Assembly: GCA_963826935.1 (NCBI GenBank)
Contig: CAWGYH010000009.1
Span: 79,922-143,921 of the forward strand
DNA: 64,000 nucleotides
Source of the DNA: an uncultured Chlamydiales bacterium
Lineage (GTDB): Bacteria > Chlamydiota > Chlamydiia > Chlamydiales > FEN-1388
Direction of reading: 5' to 3'
Shown here: positions 9,120 to 18,100 of the stretch, in pieces
Position numbering within the stretch: position 1 is the first letter of the stretch
Layout of the letters: each line of letters begins with the position of its first letter
Notes under the pieces: generated by a model
Told to the model about the DNA's origin: nothing
Database searches by the model: none
What the model saw: the letters and a program-made list of their open reading frames with translations, nothing else
Made by a program: the position numbers and the translations under genes

Positions 9120-9611
9120 ATGAAAAAATTACTGTTTTGTTTTGCCCTCATGGGTAGCGTACTTTCTGCTGAAAATGAACCACCGCCAGCAGAATTTAGC
9201 ATGCCCATGCAGCCTGCAAAGGTACAGCTCGAAAAGGCCATGCGCATCAAATTCGAGGTAAGTGAAGAGGATGTGACAACATATGGGCTTTCCAAGCCGC
9301 AAATATACAATGAAATCACCACGCGCCTTGCTCTTGCCGGCGTTCAGATCAAAGAGAATCAAAAGCTGCCGGAGTTAGTGCTGCGCATCAAGGTGATCCA
9401 AGCTGATCGAGCTGTCGCGGCCTTTGTGCAGATGGGCTTTATGGAGCCTGCATCCCTTCTTCGCAATCAGAGCATTGTCCAAGCACTTACTTGGTCACAG
9501 GCTACCATGCTCTCTTGCGCCAAAGAAGACCTCCAAAAGCAGGTGCAGCAGGTTGTAGTTCAAATGATCAACAGCTTTATCCTCGATTACCAAAAAGCAT
9601 TCGTTTCGTAA
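9120..9611 (+). CDS. Hypothetical exported protein
   Basis: Signal peptide MKKLLFCFALMGSVLSA; AAGGA RBS; 163 aa. Confidence 0.7.
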   Translation: MKKLLFCFALMGSVLSAENEPPPAEFSMPMQPAKVQLEKAMRIKFEVSEEDVTTYGLSKPQIYNEITTRLALAGVQIKENQKLPELVLRIKVIQADRAVAAFVQMGFMEPASLLRNQSIVQALTWSQATMLSCAKEDLQKQVQQVVVQMINSFILDYQKAFVS

Positions 9612-9616
9612 AATAG

Positions 9617-9827
9617 ATCACTCCTGAAAGGAGTGATGGCAATTACCCCAGGTCACCGCAGGTGCCCTGGGAACGATGTAGAGAAAAAGTCGCACGCCCG
9701 AAGGGTGTGCTGGAAAAACAATCGATTCCAGCACACCCTTCGGGCGTGCGAATTATTTTTTGCCTATAAATCCCCCAGGGCACCTTCGGTGACCTGGGCT
9801 AATTGCCAACACCCCTTTCAGGGGTGT
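9617..9827. repeat. Nested palindromic REPIN-like element built from six triloop hairpins
   Basis: Outer ~55-bp imperfect inverted repeat; inner perfect 26-bp inverted repeat at 9690-9715 and 9726-9751; sub-hairpins with GAA/TTC/GCA loops. Confidence 0.9.
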
Positions 9828-9901
9828 CTAGTATGATTGCGCATGGCATAACGGTTTATTTAAGTTGACAGGAGAGTTCAGATAGGTGATTATATTTGCC
9901 T

Positions 9902-10936
9902 ATGAACCAGAATTTTGCCAAAATCCCTCTTGAATGGGTAGGCCCCATTTTACTTAGCGGTCCAGAAGTTGAAGGAGAAGTAGAGGTGCCTCTTGCTACC
10001 TTTGAAGCTCCACTATGGCCCTCTACAAACCGAGGAGCAAGCCTCTGCAATAGAGCCGGCGGCATTCGAGTTGCCATACTGGATGAGCGCATGACACGCT
10101 CCGTCGTTGTTCAAGTAAAAGATATAACTGTAGCTCAAAAGGTCTACCACGCCCTTTTTCAAAGAAAATCTGATATTGCGAAGGTGGCTGAATCTACAAG
10201 CCGCCATCTTACATTTTTAGACCTCCACATTCAGGTTGTAGGCAATCTTATCTACATTCGCCTTGAGATGAAGACCGACGATGCTGCCGGCCACAATATG
10301 GTGACAAAGGCAAGCGATGCTGTGCTTAGCTGGATCTGCACAGCCTATCCGGAAGTAAGCTACGTCTCGATTTCCGGCAATTTCTGCACAGATAAAAAAG
10401 TGTCGTGCGTAAATGGCATATTAGGCCGCGGAAAGCTTACAGTTGCCGATGTGCTTATTCCTCGAAAGCTTATAGAAAAATATTTAAAGACAACGCCAGA
10501 AGCTATAGTCCAGCTGAACATCAAAAAAAATCTCATAGGCTCAATTCTTGCCGGAAGCATACGATCTGCAAATGCCCACTTTGCCAACATGCTTCTTGCC
10601 CTCTATCTTGCCACCGGCCAAGATGGTGCCAATATTGTCGAAGGCTCGCAAGGGATAGTGCACGCAGAAATGCAGGGCGATAGCCTCTACTTTAGCGTAA
10701 CCCTGCCAAATATTATCATGGGCACAGTAGGCGCGGGAAAAGAGCTAGACTTTGTTCAAGAAAATTTAACGCGGCTTGGCTGCAATAATCGCCATCCTGA
10801 GGCTAAAAATGCGCGGCGCCTTGCAGCTATTATGGCAGCCACCTGCCTTTGTGGAGAATTATCGCTGCTTGGTGCCCAAACAAATCCTGGAGAGCTTGTA
10901 GATACCCACATGCGACTAGAAAGAAAACCAACATGA
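9902..10936 (+). CDS. Hydroxymethylglutaryl-CoA reductase (class I, bacterial type)
   Basis: PLATFEAPLWPS, DAAGHNM, GNFCTDKK, NAHFAN, GELSLL and C-terminal His (HMRLER). Confidence 0.92.
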   Translation: MNQNFAKIPLEWVGPILLSGPEVEGEVEVPLATFEAPLWPSTNRGASLCNRAGGIRVAILDERMTRSVVVQVKDITVAQKVYHALFQRKSDIAKVAESTSRHLTFLDLHIQVVGNLIYIRLEMKTDDAAGHNMVTKASDAVLSWICTAYPEVSYVSISGNFCTDKKVSCVNGILGRGKLTVADVLIPRKLIEKYLKTTPEAIVQLNIKKNLIGSILAGSIRSANAHFANMLLALYLATGQDGANIVEGSQGIVHAEMQGDSLYFSVTLPNIIMGTVGAGKELDFVQENLTRLGCNNRHPEAKNARRLAAIMAATCLCGELSLLGAQTNPGELVDTHMRLERKPT

Positions 10937-12105
10937 ACGGAATTGAGAGTTTAAGCTTTTACACTTCTCGCTACTATCTAGACCTTGCGACGCTTGCCCA
11001 GGCTCGCGGCATAGATCCTGACAAGTATGCAGTAGGCCTTGGTCAGCATAAGATGTCCTGCCCGCCTCCTGATGAGGATGTTGTGACGCTTGCTGCAAAT
11101 AGCGCAAAGCAGGCGCTCGTTGGAATCGATCCTCAAGATATTTCTATGCTACTCGTAGCTACAGAGTCTGGCATCGACCAGTCAAAAGCACTTGGCATTT
11201 GGGTGCATCACCTCCTCAACCTTCCCAAAAGCTGCCGCGTTGTAGAACTAAAACAGGCATGCTACGCAGGCTGTGCCGGCCTGCAGCTTGGCCTTGCCCA
11301 CCTTGCTCTTCGCCCAAACAAAAAGATACTTGTTATTGCAACAGACATTGCGCGCTACGGCCTAAACAGCCCCGGCGAGCCGACTCAAGGCTGCGCTGCT
11401 GCAAGTTTTGTCCTCTCAAATACCCCAAAGCTTGTCGCCTTCGAGCCGGAACATGGCGTCTACACCTCCCATGTGATGGATTTTTGGAGGCCAAACTACT
11501 CAGACACCGCCTTTGTCGACGGCAAATTCTCTACTAAAATCTACATAGAGGCTCTAGAAGAGTGCTGGAACGCTTATGTCGCCGAGTCAAAAAGAAGCTA
11601 CCACGACCACCATCGCTTCTGCTACCACCTCCCCTTCATCCGCATGGCGCAAAAAGCGCACGAGCGCCTTGCAAAGCTCAACGGCGCCCCCCCTCTATCA
11701 GAGCTTGTGGAAAACTCCTTTGCCTACAGCCGCCAGGTTGGCAACAGCTACACCGCCTCGCTCTTTATCGGTCTTGCATCGCTTCTTGAACAAGATGAGA
11801 GCGACCTTGCAGGCAAGCGCATAGGCTTTTTCAGCTATGGCTCCGGCTGCGTTGCCGAATTTTTCAGCGGCTGCGTCCTGCCCGGCTACAAAGAGAATCT
11901 CAACAAATTGCTCCACGAAGAGCTCATAGAAACGCGCCAGCCCCTGGCTATTTCAGAATACGAAAACTTCTTCCGCTTCAAGCTGCCGGAAGATGGCTCA
12001 TCCCATACAATACCCCCCCACAAAACGGGCGGTTTCAGACTTACCGGCATCGCCAACCACGAAAGGCTTTATGAGTCTGTTAGTTTAAAGCCTCGTAACT
12101 CTTGA
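10933..12105 (+). CDS. mvaS: Hydroxymethylglutaryl-CoA synthase
   Basis: ATESGID (Glu), ELKQACYAG (Cys), FCYHLPF (His), GNSYTASLF, FSYGSG; ATGA overlap with the reductase stop. Confidence 0.95.
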   Translation: MNGIESLSFYTSRYYLDLATLAQARGIDPDKYAVGLGQHKMSCPPPDEDVVTLAANSAKQALVGIDPQDISMLLVATESGIDQSKALGIWVHHLLNLPKSCRVVELKQACYAGCAGLQLGLAHLALRPNKKILVIATDIARYGLNSPGEPTQGCAAASFVLSNTPKLVAFEPEHGVYTSHVMDFWRPNYSDTAFVDGKFSTKIYIEALEECWNAYVAESKRSYHDHHRFCYHLPFIRMAQKAHERLAKLNGAPPLSELVENSFAYSRQVGNSYTASLFIGLASLLEQDESDLAGKRIGFFSYGSGCVAEFFSGCVLPGYKENLNKLLHEELIETRQPLAISEYENFFRFKLPEDGSSHTIPPHKTGGFRLTGIANHERLYESVSLKPRNS

Positions 12106-12211
12106 TATAAAATAGCAAATTCTTGTAATTTAGATATTATGCGCCATTACGCAACGAAACATTCCGGACTTGCCCGTGGTGTCAAATTTGGTACTGTTAC
12201 CAATATATATT

Positions 12212-12426
12212 AAGACGTCAGGAAAAATGCGTTTTTTTCCGACCGCAGGTCCTTCGGAGTGCGGCGATTCTTCGCCGCTTTTACTTGCGACCACGGACCT
12301 TTACTTCCTTACCGCCCAAGCTTACAAAACAGCTCTACATGAATCGGTAGAGGTGCTTTGTGAGCCTTAAGCGATCTTGCAACTAAGGTGTGTGCAAAAG
12401 TAAAAGCGGCGAAGAATCGCCGCAGT
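12212..12426. repeat. Repeat family A element, left part (interrupted by IS481)
   Basis: Arm 12222-12286 is an imperfect inverted repeat of 14144-14208; it carries GCGGCGA-TTCT-TCGCCGC, with an inverted copy at ~12395-12425. Confidence 0.85.
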
Positions 12427-14046
12427 GCAAAGGTCCGAGTAGGCACATCCTTTACACTTTAGGGAAGGCACATCATTTACACTTTCAGGTATAATATCTT
12501 TTTTAATAAAAGGATGTTCATGGCATGGAAGGAAGTACAGGTTTTGGAACAAAGAAAATTATTTATTAAGCTATATCTTGAAGATAAATTAGATATGGCT
12601 ACGCTTTGTAATCAATTTGGGATTAGCAGGCCAAGTGGTTATAAATGGGTAGAAAGATATGAGAAAGAAGGGTTCGAAGGGTTGGCTGATAGGAGCAGAG
12701 CTCCTATAAATCAGGCGCTAGCAATCGATCCTGTTCTTGTAGAAGAAATCTTGAGCTTAAAATTAGAATGGCCTGAATGGGGCCCGAAAAAGTTGAGGGG
12801 TGATTTAGTTGCCAGGAACCCAACAATAATATGGCCTTCTACCAAAACTATAGGACACATCTTAGCAAGAAACGGTTTTATACGTGCTCGGAAACTTCGG
12901 AAACGTTTTCCCGTAAAAACAGATCCACTATCTCATGCCACCGAATTTAATAGAGTTTGGTCTGTGGATTTTAAAGGCTGGTGGCTTACAAAAGATGGGC
13001 ACAAATGTGAACCACTGACACTTGTAGATAATTTTAGCCGTTTTTTACTGCGCTGTATAAAGCTAAATAAAAATGACGGAGATCATGTCTGGGCTATTCT
13101 AGAGGCAACATTTCGTGAATATGGGTTACCCGATTATATGCGAAATGATAATGGACCTCCTTTTGCAACATCGGGTGTGGGAAGGCTTTCAAGGCTTTCT
13201 ATAAACCTTATTAAGGCAGGGGTAATACCTGAATGGATAGATCCAGGCAATCCCCAGCAAAATGGCCGACATGAAAGAATGCATGGCACGCTGCAGCGAG
13301 AGGGTGTTTTTCCTGAATTAGATTTAGTGGATCAACAAAAGGAATTAGCTAAATTTCAGAATTATTACAACTTTAGAAGGCCTCATGAAGCATTAGGTCA
13401 AGTGACCCCAGGAAGCATCTACAGTCCATCTTTGAGAATTTGGAACGGGTGCCTGAAGGCACCCGAATATGCCGATGAATTTAGAGTGGGGAGGGTAAGG
13501 AGCTGCGGAAAGATGCCTTGGAAAGGTGGTGATGTATATATAGGAAGAGTATTAGCTGAAGAATTAGTAGGGTTATTAGAAACAGAAGAAGGGCTGAAGA
13601 TGTATTTTGGACCTGTATTTCTGGGGACAATCAGACACAAAAACGAGTTGGAAGTCCTTAGACGGCCTGGAAGAATTAGGAGAAAAATACCGGTAAAAAA
13701 GGTGTAAAAAGCAGGACAACAAAGCACTGATAGAAAAAATAGACGGGCAGTGATAAAATATTAGGCACAGAAAACAGGTTGCTTCCGAAACTGATCGATA
13801 CGTGACGTTAGACGGATGTAAGCTGAGGGATAAATTGGGGGCTCTGCCCCCAAACCCCGGACAGAAAACAGGTTACTTCCTCTACTTCACTCAAACGATC
13901 AAAAACCGGATATAAACTTGATATGTTAGGGAAAATCAGTATACTATTATTTATATTTAAACAATTTATCATGCCATAGGCACCGATAAAAAGTGTAAAT
14001 GATGTGCCTTCCCTAAAGTGTAAACGATGTGAGTTCCGGACTTGCA
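12426..14046 (+). mobile_element. IS481-family insertion sequence
   Basis: 42-bp inverted repeats with one mismatch at 12444-12485 and 13990-14031, each with two CACATCNTTTACACTTT sub-repeats; outer ends (TGCAA...TTGCA) are approximate. Confidence 0.85.
12520..13707 (+). CDS. IS481-family transposase (DDE integrase core)
   Basis: MAWKE...FGISRPSGYKWVERY HTH; DDE residues in WSVDFKG, RNDNGPPF and NGRHERMH; intact frame. Confidence 0.93.
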   Translation: MAWKEVQVLEQRKLFIKLYLEDKLDMATLCNQFGISRPSGYKWVERYEKEGFEGLADRSRAPINQALAIDPVLVEEILSLKLEWPEWGPKKLRGDLVARNPTIIWPSTKTIGHILARNGFIRARKLRKRFPVKTDPLSHATEFNRVWSVDFKGWWLTKDGHKCEPLTLVDNFSRFLLRCIKLNKNDGDHVWAILEATFREYGLPDYMRNDNGPPFATSGVGRLSRLSINLIKAGVIPEWIDPGNPQQNGRHERMHGTLQREGVFPELDLVDQQKELAKFQNYYNFRRPHEALGQVTPGSIYSPSLRIWNGCLKAPEYADEFRVGRVRSCGKMPWKGGDVYIGRVLAEELVGLLETEEGLKMYFGPVFLGTIRHKNELEVLRRPGRIRRKIPVKKV

Positions 14047-14055
14047 CAACTTACT

Positions 14056-14236
14056 TTACCGCCCAAGCTTACAAAACAGCTCTACATGAATCGGTAGAGT
14101 GCTTTGTGAGCCTTAAGCGATCTTGCAACTAAGGTGTGTGCAAAAGTAAAAGCGGCGAAGAATCGCCGCAGTCCAAAGACCTACGGTCGAAAAAAAACGC
14201 ATTTTTTCACATCCTCTACGGATGACGAAACGTCTT
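14056..14236. repeat. Repeat family A element, right part
   Basis: 14056-14172 is a direct repeat of 12309-12426 (one 1-nt indel); ends with the right arm 14144-14208 and ACGTCTT at 14230-14236. Confidence 0.85.
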
Positions 14237-14270
14237 GATAATCAAGAATATAGGAGATTATTTTTTGAGC

Positions 14271-14825
14271 TTAGTCCGGCTTTGCCTTAGGACAGAATGC
14301 ATTGTATGCTCCCAAAGCAATGGCACCCATTACGAGCGCGGTGACGACAAGCCCTGTAGGGGTGCTTATGTAGCTAATTCCATGCTCTGCATAGGTGGAA
14401 AGGGTTTCTAATATTGACGGAGCCTGTTCCTCTACTATCGCTTTCTTAAACACTTTGTCAGCACTAGCTTCAGCAGTAGAATCTGCTATATCAAAAGCAT
14501 TAACTCTACTTACAAGTTTCATTCCCAAAAAATTGTCAGGAAGTACCGGCGTTCTTTCTGCAGGAGATGGAATAGGTGGTAACCCTGACATTTTTCGTAT
14601 GCATCCAACTATAAATAGATTGTCTTCTTGAATAAGTTTTTCAAGTCTATTTCCAACGTTTCCAACTTCTTTTGGGAACGATTTGTGTTTAAGTAACTGA
14701 GATGATTCAGCAACTCTTTTCATTGCATCTTGTATATTTTCATGATTGCAAGCTTTCGACGTAGCTGCTACCGCAGAAGTACAAAAAGCAAATGCAGAGT
14801 AGAGCGCTGTTTTAACGGGATTCAT
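14271..14825 (-). CDS. Hypothetical protein with C-terminal TM helix
   Basis: 184-aa ORF, hydrophobic N-terminus and C-terminal GLVVTALVMGAIALGAY. Confidence 0.6.
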   Translation of the reverse strand: MNPVKTALYSAFAFCTSAVAATSKACNHENIQDAMKRVAESSQLLKHKSFPKEVGNVGNRLEKLIQEDNLFIVGCIRKMSGLPPIPSPAERTPVLPDNFLGMKLVSRVNAFDIADSTAEASADKVFKKAIVEEQAPSILETLSTYAEHGISYISTPTGLVVTALVMGAIALGAYNAFCPKAKPD

Positions 14826-14954
14826 TTTTCGATCCTTTTTGGTTCATTTTTTTCGGGGCATAGTACTTTACAAAACAATAAACTTCAAGAATCATTAAGT
14901 CGCGTGAGCAACGGATTTTACTTTCCATGGTGACACGGCTAAGAATCCCAATAC

Positions 14955-15407
14955 TTAACGTGACGGCAAAAGAAGAGGATGATGCTTTTGTAGCCAGTGT
15001 AAAATGTCATTTCTAAATTCTTTGACTTCTTTGATAAGTTCCGCTACTTCAGAGTCTGTGATGTGTCCTGCGTAGTCGTAGTCTGTGGTATTGCGTTTTT
15101 CGCGGCATGTATTAAAGTAGCGAGACTGAGCAACCTTGTTTTTGCCCATAAACTCCGGAATAAGAATTATCGTTATCCAGTGATGCCCCACTTTTGATTT
15201 TGCTCTGTAGCCTGATGCGTGCATGACTATTGTTGCAAGCTGCAATGCAGCATTATAGGCTGTAGCATGTCGCCGATCTGCGGAAATTCCGGTCGCTGAC
15301 GCATCTGATAAATCGCGATCAACGATTCGCAATAACTGTTCGATTTCCTGCTTAGAGGATTTGTGGTGACATATTTTGTCATCATCTACATATTTTTTTA
15401 AATTCAT
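14955..15407 (-). CDS. HEPN-domain protein (putative toxin of an HEPN/MNT pair)
   Basis: Helical HEPN pattern AYNAALQLA...GYR...GHH and KRNTTDYDY (Rx4Y); overlaps the upstream MNT gene. Confidence 0.75.
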   Translation of the reverse strand: MNLKKYVDDDKICHHKSSKQEIEQLLRIVDRDLSDASATGISADRRHATAYNAALQLATIVMHASGYRAKSKVGHHWITIILIPEFMGKNKVAQSRYFNTCREKRNTTDYDYAGHITDSEVAELIKEVKEFRNDILHWLQKHHPLLLPSR

Positions 15408-15984
15408 GCTCGTTACCAAATATCCAGATTTTGGGATTGTGAATCACTTCAGTAATAAATGTATTTTGTTCTTTGATTTTTTTTCTAAAGTCCTTAAGAG
15501 TGTATACTACGGTATTGACCTCTCTTCCTAATTCGATACTCAACGGATAGGAAAGATGTCCTGCCTCTTTAAGAGTAAGATTACCAATGAGAAAAAGGTC
15601 TACGTCACTTGAAGGATTGTCAGTATTACAAGCAGTTGATCCAAAGATGAAGCCATAATCGATCTTATTTTTTATCAAAGATAGCTCGCGTTCAAGTTTA
15701 TCGCTAAAGATTATGGTTCTTATAAGGACTTGCTTGAGATCTTTAAACACAGAATGTGCTGTATTTGCCTGGTAATAGGCTTTATTGCCCCGAAGTATTT
15801 TTGTAACAAGCCCCGCCTCTTCCAGCCGCTTAAGGGCGCGCTGCACCTGGATAAGCACTTTGCCGCTGGCACGAACAATTCTAGCAAGGTAGGTTTCTTC
15901 TTGTGGATGCAATACGAAAAAAAGCAGCACGTCGACAAACGCTCTGTTAGGAAATATTTTTTCTAAAGAAGTTGTTAAAGTCAT
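15382..15984 (-). CDS. wHTH plus minimal nucleotidyltransferase (MNT antitoxin)
   Basis: N-terminal winged helix (YLARIVRASG...VQRALKRLEEAGLV) and FIFGSTA...SDVDLFLIG Pol-beta motif. Confidence 0.85.
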   Translation of the reverse strand: MTLTTSLEKIFPNRAFVDVLLFFVLHPQEETYLARIVRASGKVLIQVQRALKRLEEAGLVTKILRGNKAYYQANTAHSVFKDLKQVLIRTIIFSDKLERELSLIKNKIDYGFIFGSTACNTDNPSSDVDLFLIGNLTLKEAGHLSYPLSIELGREVNTVVYTLKDFRKKIKEQNTFITEVIHNPKIWIFGNEHEFKKICR

Positions 15985-16088
15985 GCTTGCGTTATCACTC
16001 CATTTTGTAGTAAACCACTACATTTCGTTCTAAGATTAAATCTAGCACATAAGGCTATTTTTGTTAACCTAAAACGGGAGGCTTCTAT

Positions 16089-17288
16089 TTACAGGGTACC
16101 CGCAAGCCAGGCTGTGGTCCAGGCGTTTTGGAAGTTGAAGCCGCCGGTTACGCCGTCGATGTCGAGCACTTCGCCGGCAAAATGGAGGCCTTTTATTTTT
16201 TTGCTTTCCATAGTTTTGAAGTTGACTTCGTCTAGTGTTACTCCCCCGCAGGTCACAAATTCGTCTTTGTTTGTGGTTTGGCCCTCTATTTTGTAGAGGT
16301 CGCGATGGAGTGTTTCCAGCAGGGCAAGCATTGCCTGCTTGCTTAGGTCTCTATAGCGATGCTGGGGATCGATGGCCGAGCGCGTAAGGAGCGCTTTCCA
16401 GAGGCTTTGAGGGAGGCTAAAGGGGCAGAGGGTCGATATCTGCTTGTTTGGGTGCTCTTGCTTTGCCTGGATGAGCAGCTGCTGCTTTTCATCGTATGAG
16501 AGCTCAGAGAGCCAGTTGATGGTAAGATCAGCTTTATAGGCTGCCTCAAAAAGCTTTCTTGCACCCCATGCCGATGCTTTAAGGATGGCAGGGCCGCTAA
16601 AGCCCCAGTGGGTAATAAGAACGGGACCTGTTTGTTCTACCCCTAATACATTTACGCGAGCTTTTGGCACGCTTACCCCTGCGATCTCCTTATGGGGAAA
16701 CTTTGCGATGTTAAAAGTAAAAAGCGATGGGACGGGCGGCTGTATAGTGTGGCCAAGCGTCTGCAGCCAGGTAAATACGCGTCTATTTGAGCCTGTTGCG
16801 ACGATCAGTTTTTTTGTCCGGAGAGATTTGCTATTGGCAAGCTGCAGGGTAAAGCATTCCGAATCAATTTCTACCTTGTCAACGTCTGATTCAAGAAAAA
16901 TCTGTACGCCAACCTTTTCAGCCTCTTTTACGAGGCACTGAATAATCGTTTCTGAGCTATCAGTGATGGGAAACATCCTGCCGTCAGCTTCAGTTTTAAG
17001 CCTTACTCCCCTCTCTTCAAACCAGCTGATCGTATCTTTTGGCTGAAAGCGGCTAAATGGGCCGCGAAGGGCATCTTTTCCGCGCGGGTAGTTTAAAACG
17101 AGCTGGGCTGCGTCAAAACAGGAGTGGGTAACATTGCAGCGCCCCCCGCCCGATATGCGCACCTTGGCCAGAAGCTTGAGTGTCTTTTCAACGATTGCAA
17201 CACGCAAGCCAAAGCTTGCCGCCCGAATCGCCGCAAAAAAGCCGGCAGCTCCGCCTCCAATTACAACTACATCAAAAATTTTATCCAT
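16089..17288 (-). CDS. HI0933/YhiN (BaiN-like) NAD(P)/FAD-dependent oxidoreductase
   Basis: VIGGGAAG, KVRISGGGRCNVT, GPVLITHWGFSGPA, TCGGV, GEVLDIDGVTGGFNFQNAW. Confidence 0.92.
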   Translation of the reverse strand: MDKIFDVVVIGGGAAGFFAAIRAASFGLRVAIVEKTLKLLAKVRISGGGRCNVTHSCFDAAQLVLNYPRGKDALRGPFSRFQPKDTISWFEERGVRLKTEADGRMFPITDSSETIIQCLVKEAEKVGVQIFLESDVDKVEIDSECFTLQLANSKSLRTKKLIVATGSNRRVFTWLQTLGHTIQPPVPSLFTFNIAKFPHKEIAGVSVPKARVNVLGVEQTGPVLITHWGFSGPAILKASAWGARKLFEAAYKADLTINWLSELSYDEKQQLLIQAKQEHPNKQISTLCPFSLPQSLWKALLTRSAIDPQHRYRDLSKQAMLALLETLHRDLYKIEGQTTNKDEFVTCGGVTLDEVNFKTMESKKIKGLHFAGEVLDIDGVTGGFNFQNAWTTAWLAGTL

Positions 17289-17299
17289 TATGAATACTA

Positions 17300-18100
17300 T
17301 TATACTCGAACTCTGTATTTTTTGAGGAGAGAGAGTGGATGGTAGGAGTGTTTGGCATGGCGAAGTTCGGGTTTTCCGAGGTCTTGCTCCATGTTGATGT
17401 ACTTGTAGCGGTCGTTCAGGGACTGGATGAAGACTTGGTAGAGGTACTGGTAGATGCCCTTGTACTGTATGTCTGCCTTTGCAAAGTGGATGACGTAGGT
17501 ATCATCTCGAAGCGCCTCCCCTATGCCAATTGCTACCATTTTGGAACCATCGTAGAGAGCCATGCCGGAGAGGTTTAGCTCGTTAAAATGCTGCAAGCCA
17601 ACTATAAAGGCGGAAGTGTCGCCTACTTTTTGCCAGATGGACAATAGCTCTAAAGCTTCCGGGATTTGGCTTTTGTCGAAGGGCTTTTCCACAACCTGAT
17701 ACTGCTCTAAAAACTGTTTTACGAGGTTGCGCTTTTTGCTGAGGTGGCGGCCGCTGTAGTGCTCAAGCTTTTGCGCATCAAAGAGGTAGTCGCTATCTGC
17801 ATCGTCATAGCCAGCTTCGGAACTTACCCACTCTTCAGGAATGGGAAAGAGCATGTCGACCCCTTCCATGCGATCTTTGAGAGCTGCTTTAAAACCAGGC
17901 TGAGATGTGGGCATCAAAAATGTGAGGCCGTCGTAGGTTTTGCCTTTGATGAAGAGATGCTCGCCTTTTACAAGCTTGTAGTCATGTACTTCACGGAACA
18001 TGAAAAGATTTGCAAAGCTATATTCTGAAAGCTGCAGGTTGCATGCCCTTAAAAGCGGATCTAAAAGAGGTTTATGGGTAAGATCGAGGTTTTCAATCAT
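17300..18100 (-). CDS. DUF2156 (phosphatidylglycerol lysyltransferase C-terminal/GNAT-like) protein
   Basis: SEYSFANLF, DYLF...YSGRHLSKKRN, IHFAKAD...GIYQYL, INMEQDLGKPELRHAKHSYHP. Confidence 0.88.
   Translation of the reverse strand: MIENLDLTHKPLLDPLLRACNLQLSEYSFANLFMFREVHDYKLVKGEHLFIKGKTYDGLTFLMPTSQPGFKAALKDRMEGVDMLFPIPEEWVSSEAGYDDADSDYLFDAQKLEHYSGRHLSKKRNLVKQFLEQYQVVEKPFDKSQIPEALELLSIWQKVGDTSAFIVGLQHFNELNLSGMALYDGSKMVAIGIGEALRDDTYVIHFAKADIQYKGIYQYLYQVFIQSLNDRYKYINMEQDLGKPELRHAKHSYHPLSLLKKYRVRV

Noticed and set aside
9617-9827. 6S RNA (rod with central bubble, ~200 nt)
   Set aside because: Stems are near-perfect DNA-style repeats made of self-complementary units, and mismatches are not G-U biased; better explained as a REPIN
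12309-14172. CRISPR array suggested by the direct repeats
   Set aside because: Only two long copies separated by a transposase; no regular spacers and no cas genes
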